From Fonticula alba ATCC 38817 (Eukaryota > Protista > Nucleariida), in the NCBI GenBank assembly GCA_000388065.2, contig KB932216.1: a stretch of 19,599 bases of DNA; one strand, written 5' to 3'. The notes under the pieces are model-generated. The model did not search any database, was not told where the DNA came from, and saw only the letters and a list, made by a program, of their open reading frames with translations. Made by a program: the position numbers and the translations under genes. This document shows positions 18,601 through 19,599 of this stretch, in pieces. The stretch's first letter is position 1. Each line of letters starts with the position of its first letter.

Positions 18601-19538
18601 GCACCCGGGCCGGGCGCGGCGAGGGAGCAGGGCTAAGCGACGCACCGATCGGCGAGAAGACACATTGGGTGGCCAGCGCGTCGACACACTGCTCATGGAG
18701 GATGATGTTGCAGAGATCACAGCGCCAGGTGCTGCGGCCGGCGCCGACGGCGAAGAGGACCGACTCTTGGCAGATGGCACAGCGGGAGGTGCTCTTGGCG
18801 AGGCGCTTCAGGCGGGACCCCTTGAGGATGTTGGCGGCGGTGCTGCCGGACCGGCCGACCCCGACGGTGCCATAGTCCACCGACTCGGCGTACGAGGACA
18901 TGGAGTGGATGCTGGCCGTGTCGGAGGCATTGGTGGTGGAGGACATGCCGCCGGCGCCCGCGAGGGAGTGAATGTCGCCGGCCTGGGCCCCGAGGCTGGC
19001 CAGGAGCTGGGCGCTGGACCCGCTGGAGGCGCCCCTGGAGGAGCGCTGGGTGATGAGGGTATGCCCGCGGAACATGATGCAGACCGGCTGCCCGGCCTTG
19101 TCGCAGATGATGCTGCGGGGGGGGAGGGGGGCGGGGCGGTTCTCCATCCGTGAGTGGGCGGCGAGCGCGCGCGCGTGCGTGCGAATGGAGGACATGGTGG
19201 TCGGGCGGGGCGGGGCGGGGCCGCTGCGTACCGGAGCTGCGTCTGGGCCAGGGCCTCGGCCTGCGACAGGGAGGCCAGGTGCCCGGAGGAGGAGGACAGG
19301 GAGGCCGAGTCGTCGGCCGGGCTGCCGTCCACATGGAGCCAGTCCTCGCCCTGCTCGCTGTCGGACCCGTGCCAGTGGGGGTGCGCCGGATGCTCGGCCA
19401 GGGATCCCGAGTCATCGGCCTCGCCGTGCTGCAGCGAGCTGTGCGTCGAGTGGAAGGTGGACACCGAGTCTGACCGGCTCAGGGAGGGGGGCGTGCCGTC
19501 GGCGGGGCTGGTGGGGGAGGAGCTGCCGGCGGAGCGTC
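12687..19538 (-). CDS. Rap/Ran-GAP family protein with three N-terminal C1 (DAG/phorbol-type) zinc fingers, 5'-partial; exons 19538-19232, 19112-18646, 18465-18402, 18287-18100, 17978-15409, 15233-12687 (>2046 aa)
   Basis: The RapGAP core has TFKFGVVYAK, FERFLDHLG..YTGGLDTVNDLTGTHS, IMFHVSTYLP, QQLARKRHIGNDIVSIVY, SQFLHTFIVV, VPAFGP and FILAKLVQAE. Three CxxC-x4-H-x2-C-x7-C units lie upstream. Five GT..CAG introns have consistent phases. The first visible exon is preceded by cctgac..CAG (19539-19541), so the gene continues past the window. Confidence 0.9.
13707..16713 (-). other. Rap1GAP-type domain (dimerisation-like plus catalytic subdomains); Asn-thumb codon at 14169-14171
   Basis: GYYVE..WYHRYFFGRDH resembles Rap1GAP GYWIE..YRKHFLGKEH. 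RKRHIGND is the catalytic Asn motif. Confidence 0.8.
16909..17481 (-). other. C1 zinc finger 3 (split by a 140-aa spacer)
   Basis: GHLFEP..WCRGC, then 140 aa, then GYRCVFCSLHVHDRCLGAASNPC. The boundaries are approximate. Confidence 0.65.
17923..18197 (-). other. C1 zinc finger 2 (canonical spacing, interrupted by intron 17979-18099)
   Basis: After splicing: HTFQAQTYRTLRQSCSICRERMWSLSRSSGWRCKGCQMDVHPRCLEAVPALC = H-x13-C-x2-C-x14-C-x2-C-x4-H-x2-C-x7-C. The boundaries are approximate. Confidence 0.85.
18571..18615. repeat. 20-bp tandem repeat (cgggcaaacagcacccgggc x2.25) inside an intron
   Basis: Direct reading; lies within intron 18466-18645. Confidence 0.9.
18661..19063 (-). other. C1 zinc finger 1 (putative first His separated by 93 aa)
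   Basis: RGHTL(H 19061-19063)..CAIC-x16-CDLC-x4-H-x2-C-x7-C. Confidence 0.65.
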
Positions 19539-19599
19539 CTGCGCAGGGGGGAGGCGGCCAATGGCGCCGGTCAGGAGGGGCACGGGGGGCGCAGGGGGG

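Noticed and set aside
18571-18615. 20-bp direct repeat as a CRISPR or mobile-element remnant
   Set aside because: Head-to-tail copies with no spacer inside an intron; a simple slippage duplication.

Overview
Eukaryotic genomic DNA, very GC-rich, with short spliceosomal introns (17 inferred, 89-180 nt, GT..CAG, poly-C tracts). It is not prokaryotic, so most entries in the supplied ORF track are GC-shadow or intron read-through frames. The style suggests a unicellular opisthokont such as Fonticula, but that is an inference only. Four spliced genes can be reconstructed with consistent exon phases. (1) + PRP38B/SRL1-type splicing factor with an RS tail (2288-3768). (2) + ORC1 AAA+ ATPase (about 5434-7577), whose 5' end is corrupted by Illumina adapter sequence, false duplications and a gap. 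(3) - RSBN1/DPY-21 (KDM9)-family JmjC histone H4K20 demethylase homologue with an unusual RD/RS-repeat N-terminus (11075-7860), convergent with ORC1. (4) - 5'-partial, >2000-aa protein with three C1 zinc fingers (two split by long insertions) followed by a Rap1GAP-type domain with an intact Asn thumb (>19538-12687). Most notable: the demethylase and its ORC1 neighbour, the C1x3-RapGAP architecture, long insertions inside folded domains, and 5' splice sites with no A at +4 (13/17 are C). Family assignments come from recalled motifs, not database searches.
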